Positions 31,094 to 40,309 of a stretch of 64,000 nt of DNA are shown piece by piece. The notes under the pieces are model-generated. The model was given only the letters and a program-made list of their open reading frames with translations. It ran no database searches and had not been told where the DNA came from. A program made the position numbers and the translations under genes. Origin of the DNA: an uncultured Alphaproteobacteria bacterium (GTDB taxonomy: Bacteria > Pseudomonadota > Alphaproteobacteria > HIMB59 > GCA-002718135); the NCBI GenBank assembly GCA_902561355.1, contig CACEPG010000002.1:8607-72606 (forward strand), read 5' to 3'. Within the stretch, counting starts at the first letter, position 1. Every line of letters begins with the position of its first letter.

Positions 31094-32429
31094 CTATAAT
31101 TTTCCAAATTTTCTAAGAATTATGTCTTTATTAACCAATGGCATAAAATATTTTAACTCTGGACCTTTTTTTAAACCAGTTAATATAATTCTTAAAGGCA
31201 TAAATAAATCCTTACCTTTGAATCCAGAAGCTTTACTAATTGCATCAACCCACAAATCCCAACTATTTTCAACAAAAGGTTCAGGAGGGATATTTTCAAT
31301 AGCAGCAGTGATTAGTTTTTTATCAATATTATAGTTTTCTAATTTAATTACAGAAGTTATTGATCTTTCCCATTCTTTAATTTCTAAAAAAAAAATTTAG
31401 ATTATTTTTACTGAATCTCCAAAACTTTTCTTTGGATATATTATTACTTATTATATCTAAACGTGAGGCAATGTTATTAAAGCTATATGATTTAATTGTA
31501 TCAGAATTAAGCGATTTTAATATATCTAATGAAAATTTGCAGGAAGAAGTGGAAATATTTTTGATATCAAAATTTTTTAATATATCTTCAATATAAGTTT
31601 CAACTTTGATATCTTTACTTGAACCAATGTGCATCAAATAATTAAGGATTGTTAGATTTTCAAATCCTTCTTCTTTTAATTTATCAATAGATAAGCTTCC
31701 TATTCTTTTCCCAAAACCTTTACCTTGATTATCAGTTAAGAAAGGATGATGGGCAAAATTAGGAGACTTGCTATCAAGCGCATCAAAGATTTGAATATGA
31801 TAAGCTGTATTTGTTATATGATCTTCGCCTCTTATAATATCTGTTATATCTTCTTCTATATCATCTATAACTGATGGCAGATGATACAATAAACTTCCGT
31901 CCTCTCTAATTAATATTGGATCACTTAAATTTTTTGTGTTAAATTTTACTGTACCTTTAATCAAATCATTCCATAAAATTTCTTTATCTTCTAATTTAAA
32001 TCGCCAGTGAGGCTTTATACCACTTTTAATTTTTAAACTTATCTCATCACTTGATAATTTTAAAGCAGACCTGTCATATATAGGAGGTTTACCAGAAGAA
32101 AGTAAAGATTTTTTCTTAAGTGCAAGTTCTTCAGGAGTTTCAAAGCAAGGATAAAGTTTTTTATCAATCTTAAGTTTTTCTATTTTTTTATTGTACAAAT
32201 CAAATCTATCGGATTGATTAAAAGATTTATTCCAATTTAACCCAAGCCATTTTAGATTTTTTTTAATACTATCTTCATTTTCTTTCGTTGATCTTTGTCG
32301 ATCAGTATCATCTATTCTTAAAATAAATTCTCCATTATTGATACTTGAATAAGCCCAATTTAATATAGCTGAACGAACGTTTCCAACATGTATCTTTCCA
32401 GTTGGGCTAGGGGCAAATCTGCATTTCAT
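31094..32429 (-). pseudogene. gltX: glutamate--tRNA ligase with an apparent frameshift in an A10/T10 homopolymer
   Basis: The N-terminal ORF (to stop 31377) has MKCRFAPSPTGKIHVGN (HIGH-type) and a complete catalytic domain. My hand translation of a second frame, 31396 down to TAG 31094-31096, gives 100 stop-free codons ending ...GKDLFMPLRIILTGLKKGPELKYFMPLVNKDIILRKFGKL, a typical GltX C-terminus. The frames switch in the run 31386-31395. The total length of 1336 nt is not divisible by 3. Confidence 0.75.
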
Positions 32430-32430
32430 A

Positions 32431-33171
32431 TTACTTTTTTGGAAAAACACATACTGGTATAGGCTTCATTTTATGTAAATTTGGTTCTCTAATTTTATAA
32501 TATTTCTTATAATGCTCACTATTTTTATTTATCATCGCTTCTTCAATTTGTTTATAGCTTAATCCAAGTTGATTTTCATCATTTCGATTATCATCCCATA
32601 AACCATCAGTTGGATCAGCTTGGACAATATCTTTAATTATACCTAGTTTTTCAGCCATATCCCATACATCAGATTTAGTACAATCTGCAATAGGAGAAAT
32701 ATCTACACCACCATCACCATATTTTGTATAAAATCCTACACCAAAATCTTCAACTTTATTACCGGTTCCTACAACTAATCCGTTATTGGATTGTGCTACT
32801 TGATACAATGTTACCATACGTAAACGTGATCTAGAATTAGCAAAGGCAAGCTCACTATTAAAATTTTCTAATTTTGATTCAAATGAATTAAATACTGAGT
32901 CCAATTCAATTATAGAAGTCTCAACATTACTAAAATTATCTTGTAACCAGTTTAAATGCCTTAAGCTTAAATCATGTTGATTAATATTTTGTTTAATAGG
33001 CATTGATATTGCTATAGTTTTTAAACCAGTTTTAGCACATAAAGTACTTGTTAATGCTGAGTCTACGCCACCAGAAACACCTATAACAAGGCTTACTGGT
33101 TGAAACTTTAAATCTTTAATATATTTTTTAATCCAAGCTATAATAAAATCTATTTTTTGGTCAATATTCAT
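32431..33171 (-). CDS. nadE: NH3-dependent NAD+ synthetase
   Basis: Has the PP-loop string VIGVSGGVDSAL, is 246 aa, and lacks a glutaminase domain. Confidence 0.85.
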   Translation of the reverse strand: MNIDQKIDFIIAWIKKYIKDLKFQPVSLVIGVSGGVDSALTSTLCAKTGLKTIAISMPIKQNINQHDLSLRHLNWLQDNFSNVETSIIELDSVFNSFESKLENFNSELAFANSRSRLRMVTLYQVAQSNNGLVVGTGNKVEDFGVGFYTKYGDGGVDISPIADCTKSDVWDMAEKLGIIKDIVQADPTDGLWDDNRNDENQLGLSYKQIEEAMINKNSEHYKKYYKIREPNLHKMKPIPVCVFPKK

Positions 33172-33192
33172 AAATTTTAAATATATTTTATT

Positions 33193-34566
33193 TTATGAAT
33201 TGGAAGATTGTGAAGATAAAAAATTTTCATCTTTTAAAAAATCTGATATCAAAAATGCAAGCTCTAAAGATTGGGATGCATTTAGTCTTGGATCACAAAA
33301 AGTGTGATATCTATTTTTAAGATCTTCATCAGTAATTTCTTGTAAACCTCCCATACATTCAGTAACATCTTGACCAGTCATTTCTAAATGAACCCCTCCA
33401 GGATAAGTACCTATAGATTTATGGATTTGAAAAAACTTTTGTATCTCTGAAAATATGTTTGTTAGAGGTCTAGTTTTATAACCTGTATTTGACTTAATTG
33501 TATTTCCATGCATTGGGTCACATGCCCAAACAACATTACTACCTTCTTTTTTAACTTTATTAATGATATTTGGTAAAATAGAATTTATTTTATCAGCACC
33601 CATTCTGCATATTAGTGTAACTCTTCCTGATTCATTATTTGGATTTAATAATTCTAAAATTTTTATAAGTTCTTCAGAATCTGTTGTGGGGCCTACTTTA
33701 ATACCTATAGGATTTTCAATACCTTTTAAAAATTCAATATGAGATCCATCAATTTGGCGAGTTCTATCACCAACCCATAGCATATGCGCAGAAACATCAT
33801 ACCATTTACCAGTAGTGCTATCAATTCTAGTCAAAGCTTCTTCATAATCTAACAATAAAGCCTCATGACTAGTATAAAATTCAGTTTCATAAAGCTGTCT
33901 AACATTTTTTTCATTTATTCCACAAGCATTCATAAAGGCTAAACACTCGTCAATTCTTAGAGAAATCTCTCTAAATTTTTTTGCATTTTCTTCTTCAACA
34001 AAATTAAGATTCCATTGATGAATTTTGTTTAAATTTGCGAAACCTCCTTGAGAAAAAGCTCTGATCAGATTTAAAGTTGCAGCAGATTGATTATAAGCCC
34101 TAATTAATCTATCAGGATCAGGTTTTCTAGATTCCTTAGTAAATTCAATACCATTAATTATATCGCCTTTATAGGATTCCATTTCTACACCATTAACTGT
34201 TTCCATATCTTGAGATCTGGGTTTTGCAAATTGACCTGCTATTCTTCCAACCTTAACTACAGGACATGAAGATCCAAAAGTTAGGACTACTGCCATTTGC
34301 AAAATAACTTTAAAGGTATCTCTAATATTATCAGGATGAAAATCTGCAAAACTTTCTGCACAATCCCCTCCTTGTAATAAAAAAGCTTTACCATTTGCCA
34401 CTTCAGATAATCTAGACTTTAATGATCTAGCTTCTCCTGCAAATACTAATGGAGGGTATGCTTTTATCTTGTTAAGAGAATTTTTTAATTCAGTTACATC
34501 AGCGTATTTAGGTATATGCTTAGCTTTTTTACTTCTCCAACTATCAGGTGACCATTTATTATTCAT
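33193..34566 (-). CDS. class II (plant-like) 3-deoxy-7-phosphoheptulonate (DAHP) synthase
   Basis: 457 aa. The N-terminus [19 protein letters not shown], then [11 protein letters not shown] and [11 protein letters not shown], are characteristic of class II DAHPS. Confidence 0.9.
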   Translation of the reverse strand: MNNKWSPDSWRSKKAKHIPKYADVTELKNSLNKIKAYPPLVFAGEARSLKSRLSEVANGKAFLLQGGDCAESFADFHPDNIRDTFKVILQMAVVLTFGSSCPVVKVGRIAGQFAKPRSQDMETVNGVEMESYKGDIINGIEFTKESRKPDPDRLIRAYNQSAATLNLIRAFSQGGFANLNKIHQWNLNFVEEENAKKFREISLRIDECLAFMNACGINEKNVRQLYETEFYTSHEALLLDYEEALTRIDSTTGKWYDVSAHMLWVGDRTRQIDGSHIEFLKGIENPIGIKVGPTTDSEELIKILELLNPNNESGRVTLICRMGADKINSILPNIINKVKKEGSNVVWACDPMHGNTIKSNTGYKTRPLTNIFSEIQKFFQIHKSIGTYPGGVHLEMTGQDVTECMGGLQEITDEDLKNRYHTFCDPRLNASQSLELAFLISDFLKDENFLSSQSSNS

Positions 34567-34624
34567 TATAAAAAGGGCTAATAAACTTATTAGAATCTTC
34601 AGACAAGTTTATTAATTGAAAATG

Positions 34625-35914
34625 TTACTTTTTTTTGATTATTTTTAACTGAGATCTCTCAATAGCTAAGTTATTTGATGGTATGTCTTGAGTAATTACA
34701 CTACCAGCTCCTATCTTGACATTTTTGTTTATTACTAAAGGTGCTACTAAAGAACAATTTGAACCGATAAAAGAGCCTTCTTTTATAATAGTTTTGTTTT
34801 TTATTTTTCCATCAAAATTGCAAGTAATAGTTCCAGCGCCAATATTAACATTCTTACCAATATTACTATCCCCAATATATGATAAATGACTTATCGATGA
34901 TTTTTCACCTATTATTGAATTTTTAACTTCAACAAAATTACCAATTTTTGAATTCTTGCGTATTAATGAAGAAGGCCTTATCCTTGCAAAAGGTCCTATA
35001 ATGCAATTTTTTTCTATTTTAGCTCCTTCTAGATAAGAATTACTTTTAATTAATGTTCCTGATTTAATTTTTACATTATTTTTAATTGTGACATTTTGTT
35101 CAATTATTACACCTTTTTCAACAATGGTATCAAAGCTAAAGAAACATGTTTCAGGTTTTGATATTAAAACCCCTTTATCTATAAAATTTTTAATCAATTT
35201 TTTTTGAAGTATATTATCAACATTTATAAAATCACTTAAAGTATTAACACCGTGCATTTCATCTTCAGGTGAAATTATAAAAGAAAAAGGATTGTTGTTT
35301 TTTGAGTAAATTTCAAATATATCTGGCAAATATTTTTCTTTGTTAATTTTATTAATTTTAATTAAATATAAATTTTTAAAAAAAACATTAGAATTAACTA
35401 ACATTATTCCTGAATTACAAATTGTGATTTTTTTTTCCTCATTGTTGGCATTTATTTCTTCTATTACTTTTAAAATTTTATTTTTTTTTAATTTAATTCT
35501 TCCATAACCATATGGATTTAATGTAGTAAAAGCTAACATACTAGCTAAACTATTATTTTTTTTAAAATTCAATATTAATTTTTTAATTGTTTGGATTGAT
35601 AACAAAGGCACATCTCCAAATAAAATCAAAAGATTTTTTTGTTTAATTAGTTTTTTTGCTGAATTAATAGCATCAGCAGTTCCTTTTTGATTTTTTTGAA
35701 TAACAAATTTACAATCTTTAATTAATAATTTTAAATCTTTTATGTTGTTTTTATTACAGACAATAATAACATCTTGACCAGAAATTTTTTTTGCAGCGTT
35801 AACAACATGACAAATTATTGGTAATCCAGCTAATTCTTGTAGTAATTTACTTTTAGGTCCTTTGAATCTTGTACTTTTACCAGCAGCCAATATAACGGTT
35901 GTAACTTTTATCAT
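34625..35914 (-). CDS. glmU: bifunctional GlcNAc-1-P uridyltransferase / GlcN-1-P acetyltransferase GlmU
   Basis: The N-terminal nucleotidyltransferase part has ILAAGKSTRFKGPKSK, and the C-terminal half is a left-handed beta-helix of hexapeptide repeats. Confidence 0.85.
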   Translation of the reverse strand: MIKVTTVILAAGKSTRFKGPKSKLLQELAGLPIICHVVNAAKKISGQDVIIVCNKNNIKDLKLLIKDCKFVIQKNQKGTADAINSAKKLIKQKNLLILFGDVPLLSIQTIKKLILNFKKNNSLASMLAFTTLNPYGYGRIKLKKNKILKVIEEINANNEEKKITICNSGIMLVNSNVFFKNLYLIKINKINKEKYLPDIFEIYSKNNNPFSFIISPEDEMHGVNTLSDFINVDNILQKKLIKNFIDKGVLISKPETCFFSFDTIVEKGVIIEQNVTIKNNVKIKSGTLIKSNSYLEGAKIEKNCIIGPFARIRPSSLIRKNSKIGNFVEVKNSIIGEKSSISHLSYIGDSNIGKNVNIGAGTITCNFDGKIKNKTIIKEGSFIGSNCSLVAPLVINKNVKIGAGSVITQDIPSNNLAIERSQLKIIKKK

Positions 35915-35920
35915 TGAAAA

Positions 35921-36553
35921 TTATAAATTTCTTATAATCTCATTACCAGTATTAATAATTTCCTTAGAAGCGTCTGAAGTGATATTAATGTCGATAACTC
36001 CTCTGCCTACAGAAAAAGTTTCAGCAAATATTACTTTGCTTGAAATTCTTGATCGTGCAATTTTTGCTCCTGCATATCTCAATCTTAAAATCATTGCTTC
36101 AGTTAATTTTGCTCTTGGCATGACTCTATTTAAAATAATAATTGGATTTTTTCTTTCTTGTTTTGCAATTTGCAAAAAAGGTAAAGTTGCCATTAAATCT
36201 AATGGACTTGGTTGAACTGGAACAAAAAGTCCATTAGCAACCTTGACTATTTGAATTGTTTCAAACGTAATTGATGGAGGGCTATCAATTAGAATAAAAT
36301 CATATTTTCTTTTAATATTTTTTAATTCTTCCGCAAGATTTCTAACATCGAATTGATATGAATCTATGCCAATATCATCCTCACCGTAATATTTTTTTCT
36401 TTCAGTAAGCCAGTAAGTTAGACTTTGTTGAGCATCAGCATCAATTACAGCAACTTTATATCCACTATTGCTCCATAGAACAGCCATATTAGCAGTTAAA
36501 GTTGATTTTCCCGATCCACCTTTTTGATTTGAAAATGCTATAATTTTGCCCAT
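35921..36553 (-). CDS. orphan ParA/MinD-like P-loop ATPase
   Basis: Has the deviant Walker A motif NQKGGSGKST, plus VIDADAQ and ILIDSPP. It is 210 aa, has no parB-like neighbour, and sits 6 nt upstream of glmU. Confidence 0.75.
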   Translation of the reverse strand: MGKIIAFSNQKGGSGKSTLTANMAVLWSNSGYKVAVIDADAQQSLTYWLTERKKYYGEDDIGIDSYQFDVRNLAEELKNIKRKYDFILIDSPPSITFETIQIVKVANGLFVPVQPSPLDLMATLPFLQIAKQERKNPIIILNRVMPRAKLTEAMILRLRYAGAKIARSRISSKVIFAETFSVGRGVIDINITSDASKEIINTGNEIIRNL

Positions 36554-36625
36554 GATTAATTGTTGTAATATTTTGAATAGATAATAACTATTTTAATATT
36601 ATATGGAAACAATTTTAAAATAAAT

Positions 36626-37564
36626 ATGGGACAAAATTTAATAAAATTTGCTAAAATTATACTTCAAAAAGGTGGGTTAGTTATTTTTCCCACAGAAACT
36701 GTTTACGGAATTGGAGGCAATGCTAATAATCCAAAAGCAGTCAAATTAATATATGATAAGAAAAAAAGACCAACAAATAACCCAATAATTTGTCATTTTT
36801 CATCAATAAAAAAAGTTCACGAAAATTTTTTTTTAAATGATACTGATATTACATTAGCTAAAAAATTTTGGCCAGGACCTTTAACATTAATTTTAAAAAA
36901 AAAACCAGATTCAAAAATTACAAGCTTAGTTTCTAATAGGTCTTTATGGGTTGGATGCAGAATACCTAGCAACAAAATAGCACTAAAACTTCTTAATTCT
37001 ATAGATTTCCCAATTGCTGCACCAAGTGCAAATATCAATACTAAAACATCAGTTACTATTATTGATGATTTAGATCCCATTTTGAAAAAAAATATATTTA
37101 CTCTTGATAATGGGTCATCGAAACTTGGTCTTGAATCAACAGTAATAAAAACTTCTAAAAAAGATATTAAAATTCTAAGACTAGGAAGTTTAACTGAAGA
37201 AACAATAAAAAATAAAATAAGAAAATATAAAATAATAATTGTAAATAAAACTCGCTTATCTCCAGGAAATCAACGCAAACATTATTCACCAAAAAAAACA
37301 TTAAGAATGAATGTTAAAAATATTAAATTAGGTGAGGGTCTTTTAAATTTTGGAAAAAACAATTTAAAATCAAAGATAATAAATTTAAATTTAAGTAAAA
37401 AAAGGAATCTAAAAGAAGCAAGTAAAAAATTTTATCATTATTTAAACTTAATTGATAATTCAAAATGTGAAAAGATATCTGTTGCACCTATACCTAACAA
37501 AGGGCTAGGTAAAGTAATTAACGATAGATTAAAAAAAGCATCTTATAAAAAAAAAATTAGATAA
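36626..37564 (+). CDS. L-threonylcarbamoyladenylate synthase (Sua5/YwlC-type, YrdC domain plus Sua5 C-terminal domain)
   Basis: Carries VIFPTETVYGIGGNA and APSANINTKTS. The 312-aa length implies the extra C-terminal domain. Confidence 0.8.
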   Translation: MGQNLIKFAKIILQKGGLVIFPTETVYGIGGNANNPKAVKLIYDKKKRPTNNPIICHFSSIKKVHENFFLNDTDITLAKKFWPGPLTLILKKKPDSKITSLVSNRSLWVGCRIPSNKIALKLLNSIDFPIAAPSANINTKTSVTIIDDLDPILKKNIFTLDNGSSKLGLESTVIKTSKKDIKILRLGSLTEETIKNKIRKYKIIIVNKTRLSPGNQRKHYSPKKTLRMNVKNIKLGEGLLNFGKNNLKSKIINLNLSKKRNLKEASKKFYHYLNLIDNSKCEKISVAPIPNKGLGKVINDRLKKASYKKKIR

Positions 37565-37570
37565 TTTTTA

Positions 37571-38893
37571 TTATAATCTACTAATATAATCTAAAAGTCT
37601 GTAATATATTATAGAAGATGAATAGATTGGTCTTCTTAAAATATCTCCACCAGGTATTTTTAAATGAAAAATATTTGCAAATAAGTCAAATAAATCATTC
37701 TTTCCTATAATTTTATCAGCGACCAACTTACCGCCCATAATACTCATAGCCAACCCGTGCCCAGAATAACCATGGGCATAATATAATTTTTCTTTCATCA
37801 ATGTTCCAAATTGAGGCATTCTATTAACTGATATAGCAAGTGTTCCTCCCCATGCAAAATCAATTTTTACATCTTTTAAATCTGGGAAAACTTTTATCAT
37901 CCTTTTTGAGACAAATTTTTTTGCATCCTTAACAAAATTTGATGTTATAGTTTCTGGCCCACCAAACAACAACCTTGAATCTTCTGAAAATCTGAAATAA
38001 TCTATCATAAACCTTGAGTCACTTACTGCTACATCTCTTTTAATTAATTTTCTTGCATATTTTTCACCCAGTGGCTCTGTTGCTATAATATAATTATTTA
38101 TTGGCATAAAATAATTTCTTACAGAACCAAGTAAATTATCAAGATAACCATTACATGAAACAACTAATTTTTTAGTATTTATAAGATTTAAATTAGATTT
38201 AACTTCTATATTATTTGATTTTTCAATTATTTGATTAACTGGACTATTTTCATAAATTTTAACACCATTTTTTAAACAGGCATTCATTAAACCATAAGTT
38301 AATTTTAGAGGATTTAAATGAAAACTATCTTTCAACAGAATTCCTGAATAATAACGATCGCTTAAAATTTCATCTTTTATTGCTTTCTCATCAAAATATT
38401 TAATTTCTTCATAATTATAATTTTTTTGTAAATGATTAATTTCATCTAAAAAATATTTATAATCTTTATTGGTATTGCCAACATGAAGAACTCCTGGTTT
38501 AATAGCACAATCAATCTCGTATTTTTTAATTAATTTTAATACATTCCGAACAGCATCTAATCCAACTGACCAAAATATTTTAGCTTTTTCAGTACCAAAT
38601 TTTTTTTCTAAATAAAATTGATCTTTCCGCATTCCTATTCCAAGTTGACCTCCATTTCTACCAGATGCGCCTGAACCTATTTTATTTGCTTCTAAAATTG
38701 TAACTGAATATCCTTTATTTGATAAATGTAATGCTGCAGATAAACCTGTTAAACCTCCTCCAACAATACAAATATCTGTATCAATGCTTTCATTTAATTG
38801 CTTATGATTAACTGTATTGATAGTAGAAAATTGATAATAAGTAATATTTTCATTATGATGTTGCTCAAAAGTTCTTTTTTTTGTATGAAACAT
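37571..38893 (-). CDS. FAD-dependent oxidoreductase, DAO family (PuuB/PauB-like)
   Basis: Has the dinucleotide fold ICIVGGGLTGLSAALHLSNKGYSVTILE and is 440 aa. It is divergent from a GS-like ligase, as in Puu/Pau gamma-glutamyl-polyamine pathways. Confidence 0.7.
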   Translation of the reverse strand: MFHTKKRTFEQHHNENITYYQFSTINTVNHKQLNESIDTDICIVGGGLTGLSAALHLSNKGYSVTILEANKIGSGASGRNGGQLGIGMRKDQFYLEKKFGTEKAKIFWSVGLDAVRNVLKLIKKYEIDCAIKPGVLHVGNTNKDYKYFLDEINHLQKNYNYEEIKYFDEKAIKDEILSDRYYSGILLKDSFHLNPLKLTYGLMNACLKNGVKIYENSPVNQIIEKSNNIEVKSNLNLINTKKLVVSCNGYLDNLLGSVRNYFMPINNYIIATEPLGEKYARKLIKRDVAVSDSRFMIDYFRFSEDSRLLFGGPETITSNFVKDAKKFVSKRMIKVFPDLKDVKIDFAWGGTLAISVNRMPQFGTLMKEKLYYAHGYSGHGLAMSIMGGKLVADKIIGKNDLFDLFANIFHLKIPGGDILRRPIYSSSIIYYRLLDYISRL

Positions 38894-38944
38894 AATACTT
38901 TCATTAATGATTAATAATTAATAAGTAAACATACACTCATATTT

Positions 38945-40309
38945 ATGGAAAATAAATTTCAAAAATGGTTAGAAGAAAACTCAATTACTGAAGTTGAGTG
39001 CTTAGTACCGGATTTAGGAGGCATAGCTCGTGGAAAAATTGTTCCTACAAAAAAGTTTATTAAAGGTTTAGAAAATGATAGTCATAGATTGCCACAATCA
39101 GTATTTATTCAAACAATATCCGGTGGTTATGCTACAGAAGATGAAGAATTACCTATTGATGTCTATAATCCAACAGATATAGATGTAATTTTAAGACCAG
39201 ACTTTAATACCATTAGAAATGTACCTTGGTACGAAGATCCAACAGCACAAGTTATTTGTGATGCTGTAAATCTTAATGGAACTCAAGTAATTAATGCTAG
39301 CAGAACAGTATTAAAAAAAATATTAAAACTTTATGAAGAATTAGGATATCAACCGATAATTTCTCCAGAAGTTGAGTTTTATTTAGTTAAACCTAATTCT
39401 GATGCTGATTATCCTCTAGAAGTACCTACTGGTCAATCAGGTAGAGTAGAAACTGGTAAGCAAGCTTTTGGCATTGATGCAGTTAACGAATTTGATAACT
39501 TATTTGAAGATGTATATAATTTTTGTGAACAACAGAATATTGAAATTGATACTATTAACCATGAGAGTGGATCAGCTCAAATGGAAATTAACTTTCAGCA
39601 TGGGGAACCTCTAGAATTAGCTGATCAAGTATTTTTATTTAAAAGAACATTAAGACAAGCAGCGATAAAACATAAATTATATGCAACTTTCATGGCTAAA
39701 CCTATGGAGAATCAACCAGGAAGTTCATTACATTTACATCAATCATTATTAAATAAAAAAAATAACAAAAATATTTTTTATAGCAAAAAAAATACAATAT
39801 CTAATTTAATGAAAAATTATATTGGTGGACTTCAAGAATTCACACCAAAATTAATGCCAATTCATGCACCTAACATTAATTCTTATAGGCGATTATTTGC
39901 AACTTGGGATGCTCCTAGGAATACTAACTGGGGCATTGGAAATAGATCATGTGGTTTTAGAATTCCATCTAATGAAGAACATAGTATGAGAATAGAAAAT
40001 AGAATTTCTGGATCTGATACTAATCCATACCTTGTAATAGCTGCTAATTTAGCAGCTGGCTATTTAGGTATAAAAAATAAAATTAAGCCAAGTGCCGAGA
40101 CCAAAAAAAGTGTATTTGGTGATCAAAAAAGTTTTTTACCAAAAAATATGGAACAAGCAATTTCATTATTTGAAAAGAATGATCAGATAAATGATGTATT
40201 TAATCAAAAATTTGTCCGTACTATTGCAGCTATTAGAAGAGTTGAAAATCAAGCTTATCTAAAAGTAATAAGTTCTTGGGAAAGAGAATTTTTATTATTG
40301 AATGTTTAA
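38945..40309 (+). CDS. glutamine-synthetase-like glutamate--(poly)amine ligase (PuuA/PauA/GmaS-like)
   Basis: Has GS catalytic-domain strings: NHESGSAQMEINF, GSSLHLHQSL, NSYRRL and RIENRISGSDTNPY. Length is 454 aa. Confidence 0.75.
   Translation: MENKFQKWLEENSITEVECLVPDLGGIARGKIVPTKKFIKGLENDSHRLPQSVFIQTISGGYATEDEELPIDVYNPTDIDVILRPDFNTIRNVPWYEDPTAQVICDAVNLNGTQVINASRTVLKKILKLYEELGYQPIISPEVEFYLVKPNSDADYPLEVPTGQSGRVETGKQAFGIDAVNEFDNLFEDVYNFCEQQNIEIDTINHESGSAQMEINFQHGEPLELADQVFLFKRTLRQAAIKHKLYATFMAKPMENQPGSSLHLHQSLLNKKNNKNIFYSKKNTISNLMKNYIGGLQEFTPKLMPIHAPNINSYRRLFATWDAPRNTNWGIGNRSCGFRIPSNEEHSMRIENRISGSDTNPYLVIAANLAAGYLGIKNKIKPSAETKKSVFGDQKSFLPKNMEQAISLFEKNDQINDVFNQKFVRTIAAIRRVENQAYLKVISSWEREFLLLNV

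Noticed and set aside
31122-31334. 70-aa plus-strand ORF in the apparent gap between cimA and gltX
   Set aside because: It is the antisense shadow of the frameshifted gltX C-terminal domain. The minus strand here encodes a clearly GltX-like sequence.
35862-36215. 117-aa plus-strand ORF overlapping the glmU start and the ParA-like gene
   Set aside because: It is antisense to two well-supported genes, and its hydrophobic low-complexity translation has no motif.
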